The notes beneath the pieces are model-generated. The model was not told where the DNA came from, made no database searches, and saw only the letters and a list, made by a program, of their open reading frames with translations. From Thalia democratica (lineage: Eukaryota), in contig OZ241829.1 of assembly GCA_965202585.1 (NCBI GenBank), positions 29,202,001 through 29,266,000 on the forward strand: DNA of 64,000 nucleotides, in the 5' to 3' direction. Both the position numbers and the translations under genes were made by a program. This document shows, piece after piece, positions 48,401-60,812 of this stretch (the first letter of the stretch is position 1; every line of letters starts with the position of its first letter).

Positions 48401-51400
48401 AAAAGTTTTAAAGCTCTTACTGTTTACTTTCAAAATACTTCCGGTCTACCTTAAGGTCACTGAGAAAAAATTTAATGTTTTTTTAACTACAAATGTTTAC
48501 TTCTAATAACATAAGAAGTTTGTAATTGTACTACTTGTTATTAACTATTATACAATACATCCTCATTTATCCGGCCTCCGCTAATCCATGCTCTCCATAA
48601 TCCGACAGAATTCAGTTGTGAAGTACATTTAATTTACTCATATAAAATCAATGCTTTTTATTTAAAACTTTAAATCCGGTATAAAAAAACAATGTGCTAA
48701 TTATAAATACATGTCTCTTTTATAACTTGAACAGTTCCGTGAGTTTTTTGCTCAAAAACAACTATAAAGATCAACTAAACAAACCTCACTTTTTACCATG
48801 AGTTCAGTATTGATTAAATTATTTACAGATTAACTTAATTTAAGTTTTTAACATTTCAAAAACTTGTTTCCTTTATTTTTGCCTGTTTTAATTGTTTAAT
48901 TCTTTGAAATAATAAAATAAAACTAATGAAAATTTTAGTGTTCGTTCTGTAATATGCTTGTAATAAAAACGAGGTAAATTATCAAAAAAAAGGTTTTATG
49001 TTTTTATCCGGCTAAAGCAGCGTTTCTAAATCCATTTTTTCAAAATTTTTTACCCCTTTTTGGGAAGTAATTACTAAATTTACCCCAACTATACAAAATA
49101 GTGTTTAATTTTGAAGAAAAAAAACTAGATTTTTTGAACTTTAAGCTTTTAAAATGTAAAAAATTGTAAAACTTATAGAGTTTATTTAACTAAAAGTACT
49201 ATACTTTTTAAACTAATTTTTAACAGCAGTTTTCAAAGTATTAAACTTTGGCTTGCAAAAGTTTGAAATTTAAACATATGATATGTTTTCTTTTCATACT
49301 TTCTTTTTCATTATTTAGTTAAGTTTTATAAATAACTTAAGTTTGCGTAAACTAAAACTTAATTTGTTCTGTTAAGGAGATTATATATTTACATCATAAT
49401 CATAAACAACCGCTATATATGTTTTTGCATAAACTATAGAAATCTGTAACTAAAGTTAAGTTGTTTGTCAGATTTGTTTAGTTTTTGTTTATCAATTGTT
49501 TCTGCTTTCTAGAGTGCACTGAAGGTTTAATATTTATGTTTGTCATTAAAATCACGATAAGCATCGTTATTTGTATAAATAAAACATAAATTCTTAAGTT
49601 TTTTATGAATTTGAAGCATTAAAATGTTAATGGATTTGAAATTTGCGTTATATAAATTTTTATAAGCATGCTTAATTACAAGCATCACAAATAAAAATTA
49701 AACAGCTTTTTATTTATGCTTATATTTTACATCGACTAAGCTGCTTTAAGTGTTGAGCTTAAAACTCATACATAATTTAATTTGTTTTCAAAATTCTAGT
49801 TTTTAATATATTTCAGTAAACATTTTAAAATACATTATCAATTAAAATATGAACATATTTAAAACAAAATTAAGTACAAGTACATCTAAAAGCATTTTAT
49901 GAGCAAAATATAAATATAAACTTTCTTAATCCTAAATATTATTATTTTCCCTAAACACTTTAAATTTTTTAGTTTAATTTTTTTTATATACTGTATGATA
50001 TGGCAATAGCTTAGTCTTAAATCATTTGCGTAAAAAACAAGACATATTTTTTTTACAAATAAAAAACACAAATGATTCTTATATTAAAAAATACCCCTAA
50101 TTTCAAATTTTAAAATATTTGCTAGTTTAATAACTTTCTTATTAAGATTTTGCGTAAGCAATGAGCTTTCTTTTGTATTAAATACATAACGTTTAATTTA
50201 TCTACGGTTTATTTTTTTGGAAACCTTTAGACAAACTATGTAATGATATTTAAACTTAAAAGTTTAAAAACAAGCAATTTCACTAAATTTTGGTAAAGTG
50301 ATTTTTTAGATTTAAAAAACATCTGAATAATCTTATTAAAAAAACAATTGATTTATAATGGCTTATATACAATATTAGTTTTCTATCTATTGTTTTGTTT
50401 GTTTATAAACTCATATGTAGCATTTTCTAACGGAATCAGTGTATGTACATTTTTATAAAACTTTTCCTTAAAATTCGAAATGTTATTAGTTATTTAAAAA
50501 AAATTTAAGAAAATAATTCATCAAGTTTGTACAATTTAAGTTAAGAAGTAGTTTTGATCAAAAATAAACTTTTATAGATTGTTTTTAGACATGAGTCTTG
50601 AGCATTTAAATTAACAGTTTATAGACGCCTAATTTAATTTTTATATAAAAACAATCACTTCTGTAGAAATCAAAAAAAAAAAAATGATACAAAAAGTCAG
50701 AAGATAAAACAAATTTTTCTTTGTATTTTTAATCGATCAAACTTTAATAAGTGCTTTTAATATTTTAATTTAAATAAAATCATTAGTAAAATATTGCAAT
50801 TCATAGTTAAAATATATGGAACATTAGAGAATTTTATTTAGTTTATTTCAGCAAAAAAGTACATTACTTTTCTTAAATAGTACAATTTTTTAAATAACTA
50901 TGCATTGAAGACAAATATAAAAACAAATTAGTTTAAACTTTCAAAGGGTGTTATTGTGACTAGAATTTTTACTTATTTCAAGAAATAAAAACAAATATGT
51001 AAGCTTAAGTTAATAAAACAAGTAAAACTAAAACTTCATAACTTAAAAATTTATTTTGTTTCTAAATTTGATTATATTCAAAAATTAATATAATATTTTC
51101 TAGACTTATAAACTTTTTCTTAACAATTAAAACCATATACATCTAAATCGCATATAGTTTTTTTTTCTATTTTGTAAAGGAAATATTATAAAAGTAGTAA
51201 ACATTTTTGTTTTAAGTTTTAGGTTTTTTTTATAAAATACTTTTCAAACCTGTATTGTTATAAGCTTAAAGAGCAAATAAAACTAAAACTATCTTCAAAT
51301 ATTCACTATACTTCTTATTAAATATTTAGCTAAAAGTATAACTTAATTTAAGCGATAAATATTTATTTTTATTTTTAATCGTTAAGAATCGAAAAATAAA

Positions 51401-54400
51401 AAGTTAATTTTGTTTTTCGAGATTTTAATCATAAGTAGAAGGGTAATCAAATACAACTTTTATCAAACTTATGTATTTAAAAATTGTTATTTATTTGTCC
51501 TTTTCAGCTTTTAGTTTAAAACTTTATAATTAGAACAAATTAATTAATAAGTAAAAAATCACTATTCAATTTACCGGTATTCTTTTATTTGAAGTTTATA
51601 GATTGTTTAATTGTTATTTCTATGTTAAAAAGGAAAAAAATAACCATTTATGTTTAGTTATTTATGTTATTGTTTAGGTTTTAATACTTTAATTTCAGCA
51701 TTAAAGAATAAGCATGTTAAGGTAATTAGAACTTTGTTTTAAAACCTTCAAATATATTAAAACTGTCTTAACTTGACTAATTTTCATAAAAATTTAGTTT
51801 TTACACAATTTTACTTCGTTTTTTACTTTACTATAAATTGTTAGGACTTTAGGAAGCTTTTTAAACACAAGTTACTCATTTAAATTACTAATGAAAACAA
51901 CACTTCATATATTACAAGTTCTATTTTTACTGTAAAAAGATCGACTTTGTAATATTTAAATCTTGTATAACCTAAACAGTAAAGGTTAAAGCTAATGTTT
52001 TAACCTTTAACCAATATCTATTTTTGTAACATTTTAAATGCAAATAGCCTAGGTGAGAATGGCGCGTGAAAAAAGCTAGATAAATTGAAATGTCCTTTAA
52101 AGTTATCTCCATTTTGGTTTATAATTTTATTTGTAGATATTAGTTACTGTATTTTAAAAGCTTTTATCAATTCTACTATTTATAAATCTAAAAATTCATA
52201 TAGCGTTAGATTCTAATAAAATATGATTTAAAGCTTTTAAAACAAAGTTCTAATTACCTTAACATGCTTATTAGAGAACTAACTATTTCAAGAGACTATA
52301 AACAAAAACTATTAACTGTTTTTAGTACCTGCTTTTAAACACTTTTCATTTTTTGGAGATTAGTTTAGACAGAAAATCTATTTTTAAGTTTAAAAACAGG
52401 ACAAAAACTTTATTATTAAATATTTCAAAGTTTAATCGAAACATGCTAATAATTTTTTCTATTATACAAACTCTAATAAGTTATAATACAAAATCAAATA
52501 ATTACTTTGTTTAAAAACGTGAAATGCAAAGCTTTAAAAATTTGTTTATAGTAATAAAAATAAATTTATACTACATTTAAATTAGATTTTGAAATATTAT
52601 TGTCAATGATTTTTATGAACGATTTATTAACGAAAGATAGAAAGATCTCAGAATTGTTATTAAAAGTAGAAACTGTTGTATTAACCAATTTATACTGAAG
52701 TATTTTTTGTATACCTAAAACAATAAGATCGATTCAGTTGAATCACAAAAAAATTGTTATAGTTTAAGTTAAAGTTTAAATATTTATCAATGTTTCTGAA
52801 TGTTTAAGTGTTGATTGAAGTACTACTAGGACAATAAATATAGTAATGACTTTTTAAAGTTTAACATATTTTGCTTATACGTTTAGAGTATTTAGTTCAT
52901 TTTAATTAATTTAATTTAGATTTTCTGTCTAAACTAATCTCCAAAAAATGAAAAGTGTTTAAAAGCAGGTACTAAAAACAGTTAACAAAACTGTTGAAAA
53001 ATCATACTTTAAAACTTTGCAAACATTGTGTGTAGTATTTGAGGTTTATGCTTTAAATTTCTCCCTAAATTTGTTTTTTGAACAAATAGCCAAGTTTTAT
53101 TAGTATTTAGAAATATTGAATAAAATACAAACAAACTTACAGTCGTCGGGTAAATATTAGTTTTTTTTTCAGACAATTTTTAAAATACTTGTTGGAGAGT
53201 TAAAAACTTTTAAATATAAACTAATAAAGACAAACCAAAACCTGTAGACAAAACAAAACAAAACCTGTAGACAAACTAATAAAGATTGAAGAAAAAGCTT
53301 AATCAAAACTTTGATGTTTCTTAGTTTAGTAAAAAGTATTTAACGCTTCCTTAAAATCTAATAAGTTTTTCATCGTTAATATGAAACCAAGCTGAAAAAC
53401 TGTTAAAAGCGTAATCATGGAAACGTTTTTATTTTTTGATAACTGTTTTATTATTATCGTCGAAAGTAAGAATAGATGCGTTTAAAACTTTTAAATTAGT
53501 ATTATTAGAAAAAATTTATTGTTTTTATTTATAAAACTTTATAATGTATTGAATTTTGTATCAGAATGTAGAATAAAAAAAACAAAAAAAATATTCAAAT
53601 TGTTAAAAACAGTACAAAATACCTTTGATATAAGTAAAACTTTTCTAATAACTATTTAGTTAGATTTTAAGATGTTAATGAAAAAGCGTTAAGTTATGAA
53701 ACTCGGTGCTTTTTTACTGAAACTAAAAAACAATTGCCTTCTTTTAAATAAATTAACGTTTTTAATATAATTTATATTAAACTGTTTAAGTTTAATTATC
53801 TAGAACCTTATGTTGCAACGTATGTAAGAAATTGATTTTAACTACATTAAAAATTCAAGTTATACTTACTTATTCCTTGCAAAGTTTTATTACTGAAACT
53901 GTTTTTGATTTTTTTTTGTATTTTGATGGAAGATTAAGTGACAGTTTATCAAAATTTATCATTTTATATAGCCAAAATTCTACGGTCAGAATGTTATTTT
54001 TATAAGTTTAATATAGTAGAGTTTTAAACTAGTAAATAAGAGATCTTAAACTGTTGCATAGTTTTATTTTAAAGTTTATACTAACTATACTAGCTTTGCT
54101 TATTTGCATTTATACGTAGACGGTAGTGTTTTTATTAATCATAATTAACTCCATTTTGAAAACTTTTATATTACTAAAATTCATTAAATCTTAATAATGC
54201 TTATATTATATTTATATGATTTAGTAATGTCTTTACTCTTGCTTGTCTTATTTTATCTTTAAGTTTGCTTAAATATAATAAGCCAAGTTTCAGTGACTTT
54301 TTATTAAAAGCTAAAGTTTATCAATTTACAAAACACTCAAAAATTCATTTTTTATCGAATGCTGATCCTTTGAAAAATAATTTTACGACTTCCTGAACTT

Positions 54401-56063
54401 ATATTAAATTTATCATATATATATGAAAGTGGTGTGTCTTTTAATTTTTTTTGTCGTATAATTTATAAAACATATATCTCAAAACTACTAGTTTGACGTC
54501 TTATGTTGAACCTTATCTCTCAAAAACTTTTATTTCGATTTAATTTGAAAATAAATATCTTTTTCTCGATTTGGCCTCACTTTACACCTTGGTTGCTACA
54601 TTTTGAAAACTTTGCAACTTTCCTTCGAGAAGTTAATCGACCGAAAGCTTTCGTAGCTGTCATCGGAAAAATTCCAGTAAGGCGAAAGAAATGCGTTTGT
54701 TTCACGAAAATTACAATGTTGCTTTAGCCGCTGTTGTTTATTGTTGCTTCCGAGTTCGATAAAAAAAAGTTTCTTGAAAGTTGGCCGCTGATTTGCTTCT
54801 CTAGATTTCGTGTAGCTTGCAGGATAACTAAAAACTGGCTGTCTGAAATTCATCAGCTTAAAATGTATTTCTGAAAGTAGTTTTATAAAGTCAGTTAGAA
54901 ATAGTTTCCAGAGTTGCAAAGTGTATTTGTTGCAAAAGTTTAAAGCATAATAATAAAATAGTTTCCAAATTCAAAGACCTCGTCAGTACTTATATAAAAT
55001 CTATAAAGATACATTTAGCAATCATGAAAAGACAAGGTCTTAGACCGAAACTTAGTTTGAAAATTAGTCTTGAAGGAATAGTCTTTCTCCTTTAGAAGTT
55101 GAAGTTTTTGTATTTGTTTTCAAAAATCAAAACATATAACTTAATAGTAATTGTCAAAGCTAGTTTAAATAGTTTTTTGAAAAATAATAAACAGTTTTTT
55201 TAAATTGAAAAATTAATCAACGACTTATAAAGAATAGAGTTTTTAAAAATAATAAATTATAGTTAAATACAAATTATTTGAAATTTTGAATATCATAAAA
55301 TAAACTATTTAAATGCTTTATTCTATAAACTTAAACTTTTAATTAAATAATTGACTAAACTATATTTAATTTCTTTATGGTGTACCTTAAAGAAAATACA
55401 AGTGCAAATTAAGTATTCTATTCATTACTGTATTTCAGTAGTACTTAAACCTAGAAATAAATAAAATAGTTAATTTGAACTTGTATTGTTATTTAAATAA
55501 GTTCTTAATCTTCTAAATTGAGAAATTAACAAATAATTATATGAGTTATACCTTATAATTTATAAAGAGGTTCTAAACTTTTTGTTTTATTTTTTTTAAA
55601 TCAGTTTTTATTATACTGATCATCACATATTCATTATGTTTAACCTCTACAAAAGTTTTATATTAAAAATTTTAAGCAGCATAAAAATTCAGTTTTGCTT
55701 AATAAGAAAAAAGCTAACAATAATCAAAACATTCAAACTTAATTAAAAAGATAAAGTATTTTAGCAAAAAAACAAAAAATTAAAGATAGTTTTGAACAAG
55801 TTTATTTTTTACTACATGTTGGTTGAAATAATTTATTATATTAACTATTTACAGAAGTTATAATGTATACTAGTATCATTAATTAACTTAATTAAATACT
55901 TTGATTTTAAATTTTTATTTATTAAAAGTATTTAAATGTGCTAATTGCTAATCCATAAGTATTAATCAGTTATCAACAAACTAGTAAACAAGTAATTTGT
56001 TCTAATACTTTTAAAACAAATAAATTTAATAATTTCACAGACTAATAAAATTATTAAACTAAA

Positions 56064-59000
56064 ATGAACTTGATTCAGATCGCAGAACCAGCGATGAGAA
56101 ATTTATCTGTGACATCACAAAACATGACAAATGTATCTCTGACGTCACAAAACATGATGTCACAAGTTGATTTCATGTGGTCGGTCATTTTGTTTTTTCG
56201 ATTTCGTACGCAATAATATTTATGGCGGGAATAATCGGTAACTTTCTGGTCATATTCACCATTATTCGCGTGTATTTTCCAAAACCACAAGGTTATTTGT
56301 ACTTCTTTACTAAAATGTAGTTTTATGTGGAAATGAAAACTAAAATTAAACAAAAAATTAATTTTAAATTAACAAAAAAATGAAAAGTGAAAATAAAACT
56401 ATGTAATAGTTTACTAAAAATGATATATATATTGTTCGTTTGCTCTTTGTAAACTCTAAAGAAATTATAAACGAAAAATCATACAGAAAAATAAATTTTA
56501 ACAACATATAATTTATTGTAAAATATTTCGCTATTTAAGCTATCTCAAAAATAAACGATTTAAATTGAAAAAGTAAAGAAAATGAAGTTTTTTAGAAACT
56601 TTTTGCTAATAAAATCTTAATTATAAAGATTGAAATTCAAGTTCAACTACTTCTATTTACTGTGTTTTTCAAGCTTGCAGACGCTGTATTACTAGCTAAG
56701 AATAACTTTTTGCGGGTTTCCGAAACAGTTCTGTAAAAATTAAATGAGGAATTTTTAAACTAAAATACTTGTTTTGAATTTACATAAGTCTGGCAGATGA
56801 ATAATAAATTCAACTCATGCTCAAGTATTTTCTGTTTTTCTGCACATTTTTAAAGGTCAAATGGGTAGTTTCACTAAACAGTTTTATGGATTTTAAAGCT
56901 GTTATAAACAAAAATTAAAATTCTTCTTTAGATTTGATCTTAAACTTTTTAACCTGACTTTACTCTGAAATAGTGACGTATATAGTGAACTTAAATTTTT
57001 AAAATACTCACATGGCTTCAAAATTTAATAAATAACTTCTAAATTTTTAGATAGCAACTGAACACAGTGTTGTTATTATGAATGTAAATAAAAACTTAAA
57101 ACGACAGCTTTTAAATTTGTGCGTAGTATTTTTGGCTTTGTTATTGTTTATCAAGCATTTATTATTCATCAACGTATAGTTGAATAGAAGGAATTTTTCC
57201 AATTGTCATTAATAAATATTAAACTTAACAACTTAAATGATAACTTTATATACTAATCACACGTCTCTGCATCATTAACATATGAAAAATATAATTAACT
57301 TGACATAATTGTTAATAAAATTTTAAAATATATTTTGAAAATATAAATAACAGTTAATATGAAAATTAATATTTTTAACAATAAAATGGTGTTTAAATAA
57401 TTGTAAAACAGGGTTTCCTAAAAGGAATGACATAGCCTCTTGGGGGTTTATTTTGGCTATAAGAGGGGCAAGAACTAATAAGGGACAAAAAAGTCAATAG
57501 GTAGTCAACTATTCTATAGTACTGATAATTGATTACTATACTACAAGAAAAACTTCTATAACTAGTATAGCATAAGGGCAATTTTTAATAAAGTGAGCGA
57601 TATTATTTAAAACTTCTGGTAAGTTGGAGCTAATGAAATGATATCATGAGTCCTGTTGTACAGTAGTAAAACTTTTTTATTTTTAACTTTGAGTAAACAA
57701 CCAGCTAATTCTTACTAATTATTACACCAAAAGACAATTTTAAAGAGCTGCTGTTTTATTTAAATGATTATTTTAATTTGTTTTTCTGAAACTTCCTCCT
57801 TATTTTAGGACTGAACACCACGCAGATGTTTTTGCTGAACCTGGCTTGTGCCGACGTCTTCTTCCTCCTCTTCTACGTTCCCGTCCAACTGGTGGTTTGT
57901 TTGGCGGACAGGTGGGCGCTGGGCAGGTTCATGTGCCACTTCCACGTCTTCTGCGAGACCTGCACCATGTACGCGTCCGCATGGACCCTCGTCGCATTGG
58001 CCATCGACAGGTTGGTTTTAATGGTTTTTTTTTTTCAAATTGTTAGATTGCATAGTTTGTGGCTATGAGCGCATCGCTACGATTAAGCTTGTTTTTAAAG
58101 TTGGACAGTAGTATAAAAAGTTATCTTAGATTTAGCGGTTCTGAAGTTTTTAGATTTTTGAGCTTAGTTTGTTAAGATGAATGCATAAAAGTTTAAAATT
58201 TAAAAATTCAAGAATTTTTTTTATTTAATTTACAAGAACTCTTATTATTAGGCATTACGTTAACCTTTATTATAAACCTTCAACTTTAAATGCTTAAACT
58301 AGTTAGTGTTGTCTGCATTGGCTTGTTTTATTCTTGATAAAGTTTTTTTTATCACAAATATGCTAAAAAAGAGTATATCATACTAGTTTATATACTTTAT
58401 TATGTGAAGTTTTAACATTGTCGCTAGGCTAAGGAGCATTCTATGTCTAAATTTTCTCTGAATGTTGTAGCATTATCACAGTTTGACATTATTTATAAAA
58501 CTATTTTTGTTATTAGATTTATTATTGTAAATAATGGAAGAAACCGTCATAAAACATGTTTTACGTTATAATTTATTTAAAAAATTCCTGAATCTTATTT
58601 TTACATAAGTAATGTATACTGCTCTGAAAATCTTTACATATTGTTAAGTTCTGTTATCACACTTTTATAAATTTTCTTAGCATAATAATACCATAACCAA
58701 CTCTTTTTAACACACTGTATCGAGTGAAAACACAAACAAAATTTGTAAAATTAAAAAGATCTATATCAGGTGTTTTTTAATACTTTCTTTTTTACTTAAA
58801 GGTACTTTGCGATTGTGCACGCCCTCAAGCAAAACAAGTACAGAACGAAGAGAAACGGGTACATTGGCATCGCGGTTGTATGGTTCATTTCAATAAGCTT
58901 TGCAGTTCCCGCTAACTTCACCAAGACATATGTTAGTTCAACCGCACAATCTGTGTTCGTGTTTTGCTTTTATTTTTAAGTTGTTGAAAAGCTTAAAAAA

Positions 59001-60812
59001 AGAAGTTATTAGTAGTGTTGTAAGTTTTACGCTAATTCTTCACTTTGTACTTAAACTTGTTTTTAGAGATCGTTTTAACACAAACTTTCAAGCGGCTTAG
59101 TTCAACAATGTTGAACTTAACTTTTTCGACTTAAGATGCATTTTCTTTGAAATTAAAATTACCTACCATAAGCTAAACAATAATTAAAAAAAAAGAGCTT
59201 ATATGTTTAAATACTAACAGTGCACAACAATTTTCAACAGCTCACTGCAGCTGAATTAAAAACACAACTGAATGAAATAAACATTTCGATGGTATTAAAC
59301 CTAGATGGGAGTTTCTGTTTTGAGACTGAAGATAAATGGAACCGTGGTCAGTTTGTATAGTGTTCAGCTTTATACTATCCTTTGATATTTCATAACACAC
59401 TCAGCGTAATTGAAATTAACTGATTTAACTGGTTAGAAGTTAATTAATTGAAAGTGCTACGTGACAGGTTACATGACAATTCAAATTCGGACAACTCAAA
59501 TTCGGACAATTCAAATTAAAAAAAAATATTTAAAACACTATATCTCAAAAAATAACATAAATTTGAGAAAAATAAAAAAAGTTTATGTAGATCTGATTAA
59601 AACATACAAGCTACTTTTTCTTTTATGCAAAATCTTAAATACTTTTAAGGAAATTTTAAAATTACTAAAAATAACTATATTTTTTATTTAATTTGAGCTA
59701 TATCTCAAAATGTATATAATATTTTGCAAAAAGAAAAAAAAAATGGCTTGTAGATATTAATACGATCTACATATGTATTTTTTATATTAGACAAATATGC
59801 ATTACTTTTTTAGTTGTGGCCCTTTCAATTTTTTTATAAAAATTTGAATTGTCGGAATTTGAGTTGTCCGAATTTGAATTGTCATGTAACCTGTCACGTA
59901 GCACTATCAATTAGTTAACGAATTTAAACAGTCGTGCACCCTACGTGACAATATCAAAGCAAGTTACTAAATCGCTTAGACAACCTATAAAAATATAAAA
60001 ATGTTGCAACTATTCTGCAATTGCTATGATATATCAAAAACGAGAATATAATACTCAAAGGATTAAAGATAGCAAACGCAGTGTACGCGTACTTGGTTCC
60101 AGTACTGATAATTCTGATGTGTTACATGGCAGTCATCAGGAAACTTTATTTGAAACACCGCAACTCCTCAGTCGGCAGACATTCCAAATCCACGTTGAAT
60201 AAAGTCACCAGAACCGTCTGTGTTCTAGTAAGTAAACTTTCAAACTTTAGTTTTTTATTTATCTTGTTTTATTCGTTTTATTTATTTATGTCTCATGAAA
60301 ATTTATAAACATACATCAGAAATCTTTTCTTTACATCCTCATTAATTTCTCATTAGGCTTTTTTCATTTTAAGGAAATAATTATGCCAAAAATTTTAAGT
60401 TTTCTGTTTTTTCAATGAAATCAAAATGTTTTATACGAATAATAGTATTCTAATTACAACTCAAGCTTCAAATTTAATCTTCAAAAATGGTTCAAATCTA
60501 CTTAAAATCCACGTTTTTTCTAAGAAAATTTTCATCCACCAGATAGCGGTGTTCATGGTGGACATGATGATGTACCACGCGATGAAAATTCCCGCCATTT
60601 ACTCACCGCAGATGCTGGACGGCGCGACCCTTATCGTCTTGCAGAGCTTCTCAATCCTCCTCGCCTCCTCCAATTCCGCGGCGAATCCCCTCGTCTACGC
60701 CTTCTACGCCAAAAACTTCCGCGGCGACTTCCGCAAGGCGGCGGGAATCCCCGCGAGCAAAACTTCCAAGCGCTTAAAGTTCCCGAAAAAGACGGCAAAG
60801 GACGTCGCCTGA
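56064..60812 (+). CDS. Class-A neuropeptide GPCR, galanin/allatostatin-A/kisspeptin-receptor-like; join(56064-56291,57809-58010,58802-58931,59980-60227,60543-60812), with two apparent 1-nt deletions (about 56195 and 60038)
   Basis: N-terminal sequons NLS/NMT/NVS; TM1 GIIGNFLV; TM2 LLNLACADVFFLLFYVPVQ; WALGRFMC; DRY split by a phase-2 intron; TM5 AYLVPVLIILMCY; TM7 SNSAANPLVY. Introns are GT-AG and phase-compatible. It could be a pseudogene allele if the frameshifts are real. Confidence 0.82.
59439..59919. mobile_element. MITE/foldback element with about 80-bp terminal inverted repeats in GPCR intron 3
   Basis: Left GTTAATTAATTGAAAGTGCTACGTGACAGGTTACATGACAATTCAAATTCGGACAACTCAAATTCGGACAATTCAAATT matches the reverse complement of the right end with 3 mismatches. 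The TSD is ambiguous (GAA or TTAA). Confidence 0.88.

Noticed and set aside
54503-54919. Overlapping 74- and 107-aa ORFs in a GC-elevated patch
   Set aside because: No recognisable domain (no GIY-YIG or RT motif despite the nearby hammerhead-like motifs) and no convincing splice signals.
56190-56216. Programmed -1 ribosomal frameshift at the T6 run
   Set aside because: There is no canonical X-XXY-YYZ heptamer in frame and no evident downstream pseudoknot. A homopolymer error is far more parsimonious.
56075-56353. 92-aa minus-strand ORF
   Set aside because: Antisense to GPCR exon 1.
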